Assembly: GCA_965220375.1 (NCBI GenBank)
Contig: OZ244824.1
Coordinates: 1,864,406 to 1,928,405 of the forward strand
Source: Dehalococcoidia bacterium
GTDB taxonomy: Bacteria > Chloroflexota > Dehalococcoidia > Lucifugimonadales > JAGWBF01
Reading direction: 5' to 3'
Length of the DNA: 64,000 bases
In this document: piece after piece, positions 47,198-56,257 of the stretch
Numbering within the stretch: the first letter of the stretch is position 1
Layout of the letters: each line of letters starts with the position of its first letter
Program-made: the position numbers and the translations under genes
Notes under the pieces: model-generated
Databases searched by the model: none
What the model saw: only the letters and a program-made list of their open reading frames with translations
Told to the model about the DNA's origin: nothing

Positions 47198-48109
47198 CTA
47201 TTGGGCTTCTAGCCTGGGTGGTGGCGCACTGCCGGCCAAGGGCGATTCTTCCTCGGGGAAGAAGGCCAGCCCCACGACGCCCGGGCCCAGGTGGGCACCC
47301 ATGACGGGGGTAAATTCGCTGATGATGACGTCGCGGCAGGTCATCTGCCCGGAGAGGCGGTCCCGCAGCTCCTCCGCGTCCTTGGGAGCGTTGGCGTGCA
47401 TAATATTCATGTGCACAGCATGTTCGCCCACCCTCGATTTGGCCAGCTCCACCAGTTTCCTGATGCCGCCGCTCCGGCTCCGCAGCTTGCCTATCACCTT
47501 GGCCTCTCCCAAGCTCAGCTCGGCGACGGGCCTTATCCCCAGGATGGACCCTGCCCAAGCGGCAACCTTGGGGACGCGGCCGCCCCTCTTGAGATACTCC
47601 AGGGTCTCGACGTATGCCAGGAGGGTTACCTTGGGGACCAAGCGTTGAATGGCATCGGCGGTCTGCTCCAGGGTGTCGCCACGCTGCACCCGCTGCGCCG
47701 CTTCCAGGGCGATGAGGCCATGGGCGCCCGCCGCTGCCTTGCTGTCAAGCACGACGATCTCGCCACCCTCCTCCGTTCTTGCCATCTCGGCAGCGGCGCA
47801 GGCGGAATCGTAGGCTGAGCTGAGGTTGCCTGCAACGGTTATGCAGATGAGGTCGTCGGCTGTGGACCGGGCTTCCCGGAACGCCGCGAGGAAGGCCGCC
47901 GGAGGTGGGGCCGCCGTGGTTGGCGCTACGCCGTCCTTCTCCATGAGCTTGTAGAAGGAGGCCGGACTTATATCGATGCCATCTTGGTACGAGTGGTCAT
48001 TGAAGATAAGCTGATGGGGAACAACGTGGATGTCCCATTTGTGAAGATGGTCAGCGGGCAAACAGCTGCTGCTATCTACTACAACAGCTATCTTTCGTTG
48101 GGAGACCAA
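47198..48109 (-). CDS. DegV family (fatty-acid-binding) protein
   Basis: KIAVVVDSSSCLP N-terminus, ITVAGNLSSAYDSA, GGRV, and the GPGVVGLAFF C-terminal pattern typical of DegV. Confidence 0.8.
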   Translation of the reverse strand: MVSQRKIAVVVDSSSCLPADHLHKWDIHVVPHQLIFNDHSYQDGIDISPASFYKLMEKDGVAPTTAAPPPAAFLAAFREARSTADDLICITVAGNLSSAYDSACAAAEMARTEEGGEIVVLDSKAAAGAHGLIALEAAQRVQRGDTLEQTADAIQRLVPKVTLLAYVETLEYLKRGGRVPKVAAWAGSILGIRPVAELSLGEAKVIGKLRSRSGGIRKLVELAKSRVGEHAVHMNIMHANAPKDAEELRDRLSGQMTCRDVIISEFTPVMGAHLGPGVVGLAFFPEEESPLAGSAPPPRLEAQ

Positions 48110-49095
48110 TGGGTGGTCCCTTCCTCGACACTATCCATGGGGATATAGGAAGGTTCGGGGTCATTCAACCTGGATTGGAGCAAGACGGGACTAATTATGA
48201 ATGCGACGGATGCTATGGCGATGAGGGTTATGGTCAGCAAGCCAAAGCTGAAGGGAATGGCTGCCATGGTAACGATTATCAGGACGCCGGTGGCGGCCGT
48301 CAGCAGACCTATCTTCAAGAAGCGGTGCCCCACCTTCATGAATACCGCCGTGGTAATGGCCAGGGCCAGGAACACCATCGCGCGGTCCCCATCGGTCTCC
48401 TGGAATCTTGGCGAATGGTCGGCGAATATGCCTCCCTGCCAGTTGAGGAATAGTATCCACGACGTCAGGAATGGGAAGGGGAGAGCGGTCAATGATGCCA
48501 AGAGCCAGTCCTGCTTCACCACCTTGATAACCACCCGGGCCATGATCCACAGGGAGAAGGGCACGTAGGCTATGAGGAGGATGAAGATGGGAGTGCTGAA
48601 AGGCAGCGCGCCCGTGGTCAGGAAGCTGTAGGCGCCATAGGCCAGAGCCGCAAGGGACAGGAGCCAGGACAGGGCAGGGCCGGTTATGGAGTAGCCCAGC
48701 CAGGTATATGCCCAATTGGGCCTTCCCTGCCTCCATGCCCGGAGGGCGACGACGCTAACGCCCATCAGAAGCACAGCGACGAGAATGTGGTAAGTCCACA
48801 GGTGGAGCGCAAACAGGGACGCCAGGAGCAGGTGGGGGAGGGTGGCGAGAAGAATATCGCCCCAGGAACCCCGGCTATGCACCGAGTACATATCCTTGGC
48901 GATCAGGTCCGGGTGTCCCAGGTCCTGGACCGCCCTGGAAAGAGCCTCCCGGTAGGTAAGGCCCTCCTGCTCCAGCTCCCTCACCTTCTCTTCCAGGTGG
49001 GTCCGGAGCTCAAGCACAACCTCTTTATTGGTATGGGGGTCCAGCTTCAGCTTGTGCGTGATGCTCTGGAGGTAGCCTTGGAGTTCCGCTTCCAA
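48088..49095 (-). CDS. membrane protein with an N-terminal DUF1700-like soluble helix domain (PadR-associated)
   Basis: N-terminal about 70 aa (LQGYLQSITHKL....EVVLELRTHLEEKVRELEQEGLT..EAL...G.P) followed by 7-8 TM helices. It lies directly downstream of the padR gene, a common pairing. Confidence 0.55.
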   Translation of the reverse strand: MEAELQGYLQSITHKLKLDPHTNKEVVLELRTHLEEKVRELEQEGLTYREALSRAVQDLGHPDLIAKDMYSVHSRGSWGDILLATLPHLLLASLFALHLWTYHILVAVLLMGVSVVALRAWRQGRPNWAYTWLGYSITGPALSWLLSLAALAYGAYSFLTTGALPFSTPIFILLIAYVPFSLWIMARVVIKVVKQDWLLASLTALPFPFLTSWILFLNWQGGIFADHSPRFQETDGDRAMVFLALAITTAVFMKVGHRFLKIGLLTAATGVLIIVTMAAIPFSFGLLTITLIAIASVAFIISPVLLQSRLNDPEPSYIPMDSVEEGTTHWSPNER

Positions 49096-49116
49096 TCCCC
49101 TTCTCCTTGGGGTGGG

Positions 49117-49449
49117 TTACTGGGCTTGCGCCAACATTATGGAGTTGACGGCTGAAGAGAACCGCGCCCATTCCCGGAGCCGTTCCTTCAAGACCCCTTC
49201 ACCCTTCGCAGTGATGTGGTAGTACCTGCGGGGTACCCCTGTGGAGGCTTCGCCCCATACGCCGTCAACCCATCCCGCCTTTTCCAGCCTGTGGAGGGCA
49301 GGGTAAAGCGTACCCTCCTTGAACTGGAAATACCCTTCGCTTCGGCTCTCTATCTCTTTCACGATCTGATAGCCGTACATCGGCTTCTCCGTAAGGAGAA
49401 AGAGCAGGAGGGTTTCGGTGTTGCCTTTTAGCAGTTCTTTGTGGTACAT
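49117..49449 (-). CDS. PadR family transcriptional regulator
   Basis: ETLLLFLL...PMYGYQIVKEIE..S.G.F.FKEGTLYPALHRLEKAGWV is the canonical PadR winged-helix signature. Confidence 0.9.
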   Translation of the reverse strand: MYHKELLKGNTETLLLFLLTEKPMYGYQIVKEIESRSEGYFQFKEGTLYPALHRLEKAGWVDGVWGEASTGVPRRYYHITAKGEGVLKERLREWARFSSAVNSIMLAQAQ

Positions 49450-49547
49450 CTTGGCGCTGTCCGCGGTAGGTCTCCAGTGATTGTAGCTTCCCGAACCTTG
49501 CCGGTCAACTTGCCCTGCGGTCTATGCCAATTGACCTCCCAATGGCC

Positions 49548-49799
49548 TCATAGGCGGCTGACCGCGACGCTCAGCAGAATGAGCAGGAAGATCGCGATCA
49601 TGGGCGCAATATCGAACATCCCCAGCCTCGGCACTATCCGGCGCAAAGGCCCCAGGATTGGCTCCGTTATCTGGTAGATGATGGCCACCAGGGGATGGTT
49701 GGTGGCGCCGATAGGGAACCAGGACAGGATCGACCGCGCAAAGATGGCAAAGATAAGGACGAGAATGAAGGTTTCCAGGAAGAACCTTATGAACTCCAA
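49548..49799 (-). CDS. yggT: YggT family membrane protein
   Basis: 83 aa, 2 TM. ILSWFP....HPLV..IYQITEP.L.P.RR..P..G..D.SP matches the YggT signature. Downstream of proC, as in many genomes. Confidence 0.8.
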   Translation of the reverse strand: MEFIRFFLETFILVLIFAIFARSILSWFPIGATNHPLVAIIYQITEPILGPLRRIVPRLGMFDIAPMIAIFLLILLSVAVSRL

Positions 49800-50602
49800 C
49801 GATGCCCACCCAGTTCTACCGCCCTTCTGTAAGCAGCAATTACGGCGTTATTTATGCTGGACCTGAACCCCCCGTCCTCCAGCTCCAGCAGGGCCTCCAC
49901 GGTCGTGCCCCCCGGCGATGTGACCATGTTCCTCAGCTCGGCGGGGTGCTTCCCCGTCTCCACTGCCAGCCTGACGCTGCCCAGCACCGTCTGAAGAGCC
50001 ATCGCCAGGGCCATATCCCTGGGCAGGCCGATGTGCACCCCGGCATCGGTGAGCGACTCGATGAACATGAAGACGTAGGCGGGGCCGCTGGCGCTCAGGG
50101 CTGTCGCCATGTCCAGGTACTTCTCGTCGGAGACGTATATCTCCCGGCCCATGGTCCCCAGTATGGACGCCGTCATGCGCCTTGCTTCATCATCGACCTG
50201 GGGCGAGCAGGTCCAGACCGTCATGCCTTCCCCTATCTGGGAGGGGGTGTTGGGCATCACCCTGATCACCTTGGCGTGGTTCAGGCCGTCGATGATGGTT
50301 GACATAGGCGTTCCAGCGACTATGGACAGGACGACCTGCTCCGGCTGAAGCGCGCCCCTGAGCTGCCCCAGGGCATCCGGCAGGTTCTGGGGCTTGATGG
50401 CCAGCACGACCAGGTCGCAGCCGGCCGTCGCCTCCCCGTTGTTGCCCGTCGTATGTACGCCGAACCTGCTCTCCAGGATGCTCCGGCGCTCTGCCACCGG
50501 CTCGCCGACGCAGATGCCCTCCGCCTCCACAACGCCCTTGGACAGGGCGCCTCCGATGATCGCCTCCGCCATGACCCCGCCGCCTATGAAGGCCAGTCTC
50601 AT
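49787..50602 (-). CDS. proC: pyrroline-5-carboxylate reductase
   Basis: ORF 49787..50668, with ATG 50602 preferred; it overlaps the pdxA stop (ATGA). Motifs MRLAFIGGGVMAEAI, VVLAIKPQ, VIRVMPNTP, SPGGTT. Confidence 0.9.
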   Translation of the reverse strand: MRLAFIGGGVMAEAIIGGALSKGVVEAEGICVGEPVAERRSILESRFGVHTTGNNGEATAGCDLVVLAIKPQNLPDALGQLRGALQPEQVVLSIVAGTPMSTIIDGLNHAKVIRVMPNTPSQIGEGMTVWTCSPQVDDEARRMTASILGTMGREIYVSDEKYLDMATALSASGPAYVFMFIESLTDAGVHIGLPRDMALAMALQTVLGSVRLAVETGKHPAELRNMVTSPGGTTVEALLELEDGGFRSSINNAVIAAYRRAVELGGHRWSS

Positions 50603-51666
50603 AGTTGCCCCATGGCTGTCGAAGCTATTGGCGCGGCCCCAGCGTCGGGCAGACCCTGGCCTGTGCACAGCAGCGTTGCCGCCCTGACAGCCTGGACCAT
50701 GCTGACGCTGGAGGCGATACCCTGGCCGGCGATGTCGAAGGCTGTGCCGTGGTCAACGGACGTCCTCACAAAGGGAAGCCCCAGGTTGGCCGTGATGCTC
50801 TCCTCGAAGCCATGCACCTTCACGGGGATGTGGCCCTGGTCGTGGTACATCGCCAGCACCACATCATACGCCCCGTCGATGGCCTGGTGAAAGATGCTGT
50901 CCGCCGGGACAGGCCCGACCGCCTTTATGCCCTTCCGCCGGGCATCCTCCACGGCGGGGCTTATCTCCTCAGCCTCCTCGTTGCCTATGAGGCCCCCGTC
51001 GCTGGCATGGGGATTCAGCGCCGCCACGCCTATTCGCGGGCTGGGAATGCCCCACTTGGCGAAGGTGTCGTGGGTGAGCTCCAGCTTGCCCAGTATCCTT
51101 TCCCTTGTCACATAGTCGCAGGCTATCCTGAGTGACCGGTGGGTTGTCAGGTGCACCACCCACAGGCCCTTTGTCATCAGCATGGTCGCCACATCCGGCG
51201 CGCCCGTCAGCTCCTGGAGCAGCTCCATGTGCCCGATGGACGTGTACCCCGCCAAGCTGGCCGCCTCCTTGTTCACCGGCGCCGTGGCGATTGCATCTAT
51301 CTCCCCCGCCAGCGCCAGCCGGCCTGCCTCGGAGACCCACTCCATGCAGGCCCGGCCGCACACCGCCGAGATCTTCCCGACCGTTATATCTTCAGGGTTG
51401 AGGTTATGGGGATCGATGATATCCACCTGCCCGGCCTCATGCCCCCCAGCCCTGGCCGACTCCACCTCCCGCACCCTCAGCGCCGCCCCCGCGTGCCTCG
51501 CCGCCTGCTCCATAGCCCAGGCGCTTCCTATTACCACGGGGCGGCAGATGGCATAGACATCCCCGGAAGCCAGCGCCTTCGCGACCACCTCAGGGCCGAT
51601 GCCGCAGGGGTCCCCCATGGTTATAGCTATCGTGGGCCTGGCCGTATTGTCGATGTGGCTCGTCAT
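50599..51666 (-). CDS. pdxA: 4-hydroxythreonine-4-phosphate dehydrogenase
   Basis: ORF 50599..51807, with ATG 51666 preferred, 1 nt after the nrdJ stop. Motifs IAITMGDPCGIGPEV, GHMELL, LNPHASDGG, YHDQGHIP, VRTSVDHGTAFDIAG. Confidence 0.9.
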   Translation of the reverse strand: MTSHIDNTARPTIAITMGDPCGIGPEVVAKALASGDVYAICRPVVIGSAWAMEQAARHAGAALRVREVESARAGGHEAGQVDIIDPHNLNPEDITVGKISAVCGRACMEWVSEAGRLALAGEIDAIATAPVNKEAASLAGYTSIGHMELLQELTGAPDVATMLMTKGLWVVHLTTHRSLRIACDYVTRERILGKLELTHDTFAKWGIPSPRIGVAALNPHASDGGLIGNEEAEEISPAVEDARRKGIKAVGPVPADSIFHQAIDGAYDVVLAMYHDQGHIPVKVHGFEESITANLGLPFVRTSVDHGTAFDIAGQGIASSVSMVQAVRAATLLCTGQGLPDAGAAPIASTAMGQL

Positions 51667-51667
51667 G

Positions 51668-54271
51668 CTAGCCACACTTGTTCCAGCCGCAGGAGGCGCA
51701 CAGCAGGCAGCCCTCCTGGTATGCCACGGGCGCATTGCAGTCCGGGCACCGGGTGCGGGGCATGCTCCCCGACAGGTCCCAGGCTTGGCGCTTGTCCGTC
51801 GCTGCAAACAGCTTCAGCTGGGAGCCGTCTATAGGCTCGTGGTTCACCGCCGCCGAGACCCTGCGCTCCAGGGCCAGCGCCACAGCATCGGGGGCCGAGC
51901 GCACCAGGGTGCCGTTGTCCCATGCCGGGCAGCAGGTGATCCCCTTGAGCTGGCTGACCACCTCCCGGATGTCCACTCCCGAGCGCAGGGCCAGCGACAC
52001 CAGCCGGGATATAGCCTCAAGCTGGGCCGAATCGCACCCGCCCGCCTTGCCCAGGGTGGAGAACACCTCGAAGGGCATCTGGCTCTCATCGAAGTTGATG
52101 GTGATGTACATCGTCCCGTGCCCCGTCTTCACCCGCTCGGTGATGCCCTGCATCTCCGCCGGACGCTCCCTCGGGGAGAGGGTGCTGCCTGTGCCGGCGG
52201 CGTCCTCAACCTCCGGCTCGCTGTGGGTCTCGCCCGTGCTCAGCACCTGGTTCTCCTTGCTCCCGTCCCGGTATATGGTTATCCCCTTGCAGCCCATCTT
52301 GTACGCAAGGGTGTAGGCGTCCGCTATATCTTCCTTGGTGGCGTCATGGGGAAAGTTGATGGTCTTGGACACCGCGTTGTCCGTGTGTTTCTGGAATGCA
52401 GCCTGCATCCTCACGTGCCACTCGGGGCTGATGTCGTGGGAGGTTGCGAACAGCTCTTTGACCCAGCCGGGCACCGCCCCATTCATCTCGTGCAGGCTGC
52501 CCTTGTGGGCCAGCTCCTCCATCAGCTCCATGGAGTAGAAGCCCTCGTGCTTGGCCACAGCCTCGAAGATGGAGTTGCCCTCCACCAGCAGCGTGTTGTC
52601 CATCACGTTGCGCACATAGCTCAGGGCAAACAGGGGCTCTATCCCGCTGGAGCAGCCCGCGATGATGCTGATGGTCCCCGTGGGCGCTATGGTCGTCGGC
52701 GCCGAGTTGCGCATCCTGGGGCCGTCCGGCCGGTCATATATGCTCCCCGGCCATGCGGGGAACGTCCCCCGTCTCTCCGCCAGCTCCGCCGAAGCTTGGT
52801 GGGCCTTGTGTCGGATGAAGGTCATTATCTCCTCGGCCACACCCAGGGCGGCCTCCGAGGCGTATGGAACACCCAGCTGGATCAGCAGGTCGGCAAAGCC
52901 CATGACCCCCAGCCCTATGCGCCGGGTCTTCTTGCTCATATCTTCGATGGCAGGTATGGGATAGTCGTTCATGTCGATGACGTTTTCCAGGGTATGAACG
53001 GCCACGGAGATCACCCCGTCCATCTTCTCCCAGTCTATGCCGATGCCGTCGCCTGTGCTGCGCACCATCTGGGACAGGTTCACCGATCCCAGGTTGCACG
53101 ACTCATAGGGGAGCAGGGGCTGCTCTCCGCAGGGGTTGGTGCTCTCGATGACACCCAGCTTCGGCGTCGGATTGTCCCTGTTGATGCGGTCCAGGAAGAC
53201 TATGCCCGGGTCCCCCGTCTTCCACGCCATCTCCACCAGCAGCTCGAACACCTCCCGGGCGTTCAGCCGCCCCTCGACCCTGCCGTTGCGGGGATTCACC
53301 AGGTCGTACTCCTCGTCCTTGTCCACCTTGCCCATGAACTCTTCGGTGACGGCGACGGAGATGTTGAAGTTGGAGATGCTGTGCCCGTCCTCCTTGGAGG
53401 TTATGAACCTGAGGATATCCGGGTGGTTCACCCGCAGGATGCCCATGTTGGCGCCCCGCCGGGTGGAACCCTGCTTCACAGCCTCGGTGGCCCCGTCGAA
53501 GGCCCGCATGAAGCTCACCGGGCCGCTGGCGACACCGCCCGTGGAACCCACGATGTCCCCCTCGGGCCGCAGGCGGCTGAAGGCGAAGCCCGTGCCCCCG
53601 CCGCTCTTCTGCACCAGGGTCGCCTGCTTCACCGTCTCGAAGATCGCCTCCATGGAGTCCTCGACGGGCAGGACGAAGCAGGCGGAGAGCATCTGCAGCT
53701 CCCTGCCGGCGTTCATCAGCGTCGGTGAGTTGGGAAGGTAGTCAAGGGATGCCATCGCCCGGTAGAACCCTTCCTCGGTGGCCTGCACCTCTTCTTCCGT
53801 GGCCCCGTACAGCCGGTCCGCCTGGGCCAGGTTGTGGGCCACCCGCCTGAACATCTCGTCGGGCTTCTCGATGACCTTCCCCTCCCGGTCCTTGGCCAGG
53901 TAGCGACGCTCCAGCACCACCCGGGAGTTCTCGCTCATGCTCCGGGCGCTTGCGACCATCTCTTCCAGGTCGCCCGAAGCCTCCAGGGCCCTCTTCACCC
54001 GGCTCCGCACTTCCGCTGTGCTTGGACTATAACCATGTTCCGCGCCTGGACTATGACCATGCTCCGCGCCAGGACTGTTCCCATGCTCCGCGCCAGGACT
54101 GTTCCCATGCTCCGTGCCAGGACTGTTCCCATGCTCCGTGCCTGGGCTATGACTATGTTCCGTGCCAGGAATGTTCCCATGTTCCGTGCCTGGACTGTTC
54201 CCATGTTCCGCGCCAGGACTGTTCCCATGTTCTGTGCCAGGACTATAACCATGTTCGATATTGGCCGTCAT
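51668..54271 (-). CDS. nrdJ: adenosylcobalamin-dependent (class II) ribonucleotide reductase with an N-terminal octapeptide-repeat extension
   Basis: RNR motifs SENSRVVLERRYL, NSPTLMNAG, SACFV, GGGTGFAFSRLRP, NPCGEQPL..YESCNLGS, TIAPTGT. C-terminal zinc ribbon CPDCNAPV...CLLCASCGWNKC. ATG 54271 has a GGAG RBS 5 nt upstream. Residues 6-85 are ten (T/A)EHGNSPG repeats. Confidence 0.9.
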   Translation of the reverse strand: MTANIEHGYSPGTEHGNSPGAEHGNSPGTEHGNIPGTEHSHSPGTEHGNSPGTEHGNSPGAEHGNSPGAEHGHSPGAEHGYSPSTAEVRSRVKRALEASGDLEEMVASARSMSENSRVVLERRYLAKDREGKVIEKPDEMFRRVAHNLAQADRLYGATEEEVQATEEGFYRAMASLDYLPNSPTLMNAGRELQMLSACFVLPVEDSMEAIFETVKQATLVQKSGGGTGFAFSRLRPEGDIVGSTGGVASGPVSFMRAFDGATEAVKQGSTRRGANMGILRVNHPDILRFITSKEDGHSISNFNISVAVTEEFMGKVDKDEEYDLVNPRNGRVEGRLNAREVFELLVEMAWKTGDPGIVFLDRINRDNPTPKLGVIESTNPCGEQPLLPYESCNLGSVNLSQMVRSTGDGIGIDWEKMDGVISVAVHTLENVIDMNDYPIPAIEDMSKKTRRIGLGVMGFADLLIQLGVPYASEAALGVAEEIMTFIRHKAHQASAELAERRGTFPAWPGSIYDRPDGPRMRNSAPTTIAPTGTISIIAGCSSGIEPLFALSYVRNVMDNTLLVEGNSIFEAVAKHEGFYSMELMEELAHKGSLHEMNGAVPGWVKELFATSHDISPEWHVRMQAAFQKHTDNAVSKTINFPHDATKEDIADAYTLAYKMGCKGITIYRDGSKENQVLSTGETHSEPEVEDAAGTGSTLSPRERPAEMQGITERVKTGHGTMYITINFDESQMPFEVFSTLGKAGGCDSAQLEAISRLVSLALRSGVDIREVVSQLKGITCCPAWDNGTLVRSAPDAVALALERRVSAAVNHEPIDGSQLKLFAATDKRQAWDLSGSMPRTRCPDCNAPVAYQEGCLLCASCGWNKCG
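54017..54256 (-). repeat. 10 x 24-bp in-frame tandem repeat at the nrdJ 5' end
   Basis: Units such as CGCGCCAGGACTGTTCCCATGCTC (plus strand). All are exactly 24 nt with no indels. They encode EHGYSPGT, EHGNSPGA, EHGNSPGT, EHGNIPGT, EHSHSPGT, EHGNSPGT, EHGNSPGA, EHGNSPGA, EHGHSPGA, EHGYSPST. Confidence 0.95.
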
Positions 54272-54289
54272 TGATACTCCAGTCTCCCC

Positions 54290-55385
54290 TCCCTGTTTCC
54301 GTCCTCGCGTACCCCGTCACTCCCGCGAAAGCGGGAGTCTCCCTCCCTGCGTCCGTTCGCCGCCTACCCCTAAGGATCCCCTTCCGTTCGCCGCCTACCC
54401 CTAAGGATCCCCTTCCGTTCGCCGCCTACCCCTAAGGATCCCCTTCCGTCCGATCATCCTGAGGGAACTCGAAGGACCTGAGCTTGTCGAAGGACCCTTC
54501 GAGGGCCTCAGGGCAGGGCCGGACACAGCCTCCGTCACTCCCGCGGAAGCGGGAGTCTACGCCCCCGCCGTTCCCGCCCTCGCCCTCTACCTTACTAACA
54601 ATGCCTTTATTAAAATTGCGCTCGGCCCTCACGCCAACCCCTCCCTGCGTCCCCCTGCCCGATCCCCCATTCCCATATTCCCGTTCCCCCAGCCCCCCCC
54701 TCCGTTCGCCGCCTACCCCTAAGGATCCCCTTCCGTTCGTCCTGAGGGAACTCGAAGGACCTGAGCCCGTCGAAGGACCCTTCGAGGGCCTCAGGGCAGG
54801 GCCGGACACAGCCTCCCTGTCCCAACCTCCGTCACTCCCGCGGAAGCGGGAGTCTACGCCCCAGCCGTTCCCGCCCTCGCCCTCTACCTTACTAACAATG
54901 CCTTTATTAAAATTGCGCTCGGCTCTCACGCCAACCTCCCCTGCGTCCCCCTGCCCGTTCGCCGCGTACCCCTGTCCGTTCCCCGCCTACCCCCTGTCCA
55001 TTCGCCGCCTACCCCTAAGGATCCCCTTCCGTTCGATCATCCTGAGGCACTCGAAGGACCTGAGCTTGTCCAAGGACCCTTCGCCCAGACTCAGGACAGG
55101 GCCGGAAACAGCCGTTCCCGCCCTCGCCCTCGCCCTCTACCTTACTAACAATGTCTTTATTAGAATTGCGCTCGGCCCTCACGCCAACCCCTCCCGGCGT
55201 GCCCCCTGCCCATTCGCCGCCTACCCCTAACGATCCCCCTCCGTCCGATCATCCTGAGGGAACCCGAAGGACCTGAGCTTGTCGAAGGAGAACGGAGGGG
55301 GATCTGGCTCAATGCGGGCTGACAGAGAGGCTGCGTCGAAGGGCCCTTCGGCAGGCTCAGGACAGGGCCGGACACAGCGGGTCTG
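54290..55385. repeat. repeat island A1 between nrdJ and nrdR: three tandem units of about 250-300 bp built from CCGTTCG-type hairpin modules
   Basis: The marker CTTACTAACAATG(C/T)CTTTATTA(A/G)AATTGCGCTCGG occurs at 54591, 54888 and 55141. Each unit also carries CCGCCTACCCCTAAGGATCCCCTTCCGT, TCCTGAGGGAACTCGAAGGACCTGAGCTTGTCGAAGGACCCTTCG..CAGGGCCGGACACAGCC. Two units carry ACTCCCGC-GGAA-GCGGGAGT hairpins, and a third copy with a GAAA loop lies at 54329. Confidence 0.9.
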
Positions 55386-55389
55386 TCCT

Positions 55390-55848
55390 TTAAGCATCCG
55401 CCGTCTCCCCCCGCAGGTCCCGCACAACCTCCTCGAAGCTCTCGATATCCTGGAAGTCGCGGTAAACGCTGGCGAACCGCACGTAGGCCACCCGGTCCAG
55501 CGCCCGGAGACGCTCCATCACCAAGCGCCCCAGCGCGTTGGAGTGGATCTCCACGTTGCCGAAATCGTGCAGCCGGGCTTCGATGTCCGCCACCATATCC
55601 TCTATATTATCATAGGAGATGGGACGCTTGGCGCAGGCGCGGACGATGCCGTCCCGCAGCTTCTCCCTGCTGAACTCCTCCCGCCGGCTGTCGTTCTTGA
55701 CCACCAGCAGCGCGGGAAGATGCACCTTCTCATAGGTGGTGAAACGGAGCCCGCAGCGGGCGCACTCCCGCCGCCGGCGGATGCTGTTCTCCGTCGTGCG
55801 GGAATCGATCACCTTGGAGTCAGCATATGCGCAATATGGACACTGCAT
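55390..55848 (-). CDS. nrdR: transcriptional repressor NrdR
   Basis: MQCPYCAYADSKVIDSR...RRRRECARCGLRFTTYE zinc ribbon plus an ATP-cone (REEFSREKL..GI..AC.KRP). Length 152 aa. Confidence 0.95.
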   Translation of the reverse strand: MQCPYCAYADSKVIDSRTTENSIRRRRECARCGLRFTTYEKVHLPALLVVKNDSRREEFSREKLRDGIVRACAKRPISYDNIEDMVADIEARLHDFGNVEIHSNALGRLVMERLRALDRVAYVRFASVYRDFQDIESFEEVVRDLRGETADA

Positions 55849-55854
55849 CGATCA

Positions 55855-56165
55855 CCACCCCCTCCCCGTCTCCGTTCGCCCAGCCCCCCTCCGTCCGATC
55901 ATCCTGAGGCCCTCGAAGGACCTGAGGCCCTCGAAGGAGAACGGACAGGGCCGGACACAGCCACCCTCATAATTACCACCCGGTCCGTCCGATCATCCTG
56001 AGGCCCTCGAAGGACCCTTCGACAAGCTCAGGACAGGGCCGGACCCAGCCACCCTCATAATTACCACCCGGTCCGTCCGATCATCCTGAGGCCCTCGAAG
56101 GACCTGAGGCCCTCGAAGGACCTGAGGCCCTCGAAGGGGAACGGACAGGGCCGGGCACAGCCGGA
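55855..56165. repeat. repeat island A2 between the nrdR start and its NrdR-box promoter
   Basis: Three copies of CCGTCCGATCATCCTGAGGCCCTCGAAGGACC... modules. CCACCCTCATAATTACCACCCGGTCCGTCCGATCATCCTGAGGCCCTCGAAGGA occurs at about 55961 and 56050. Confidence 0.85.
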
Positions 56166-56199
56166 AGGCCAGCCACCTTTGGATTCAGGGCTATGTTCA

Positions 56200-56246
56200 G
56201 CACTATATGTTGTGTTGGCACAAAACAAAACCACAATATTTCGTAT
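56200..56246. promoter_or_regulatory. tandem NrdR boxes
   Basis: Box 1 is gCACTATATGTTGTGt (56200-56215) and box 2 is cCACAATATTTCGTAt (56231-56246). Both resemble the acaCwAtATaTwGtgt NrdR consensus. Their centres are about 31 bp apart (three helical turns), and they lie just downstream of the minus-strand promoter. Confidence 0.55.
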
Positions 56247-56257
56247 AGCGGGCTATG

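Noticed and set aside
51599-53728. 709-aa plus-strand ORF antisense to nrdJ. Similar long antisense ORFs: 41147..42154 (vs sdhB), 23555..24607 (vs PhzF-like), 5723..6592 (vs DLH), 22686..23537 (vs MetE-like), 31978..33006 (vs dnaE2), 59785..60771 and 60834..61847 (vs the surface-protein genes).
   Set aside because: In every case the opposite strand carries unmistakable conserved motifs. The antisense ORFs are explained by stop-codon depletion at high GC.
53834-54435. Plus-strand ORFs 53834..54274 and 53950..54435 over the 24-bp repeat.
   Set aside because: They are antisense to the nrdJ 5' end. The tandem repeat is open in several frames by construction. Only the minus-strand frame continues into a recognisable protein (NrdJ) and has an RBS.
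54432-55427. ORFs inside the repeat islands: 54432..54929 (-), 54484..55230 (+), 55279..56001 (+), 56375..56773 (+), 62892..63515 (+), 61939..62289 (-) and others. They translate to FDKLRTNG / PFVLSLSKD / PEALEG-type peptides.
   Set aside because: The frames change from copy to copy. The repeats occur in both orientations. There are no RBSs and no consistent ORF boundaries, and 55279..56001 is antisense to nrdR. The recurring peptides are a by-product of translating a DNA repeat.
55900-56160. Hammerhead-ribozyme-like strings (CUGAGG...CUCGAAGG) within the repeat core.
   Set aside because: The conserved hammerhead core needs CUGANGA and GAAA in defined positions around three helices. The repeats have CUGAGG and GAAGG, and the helices do not fit. 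The resemblance is superficial.
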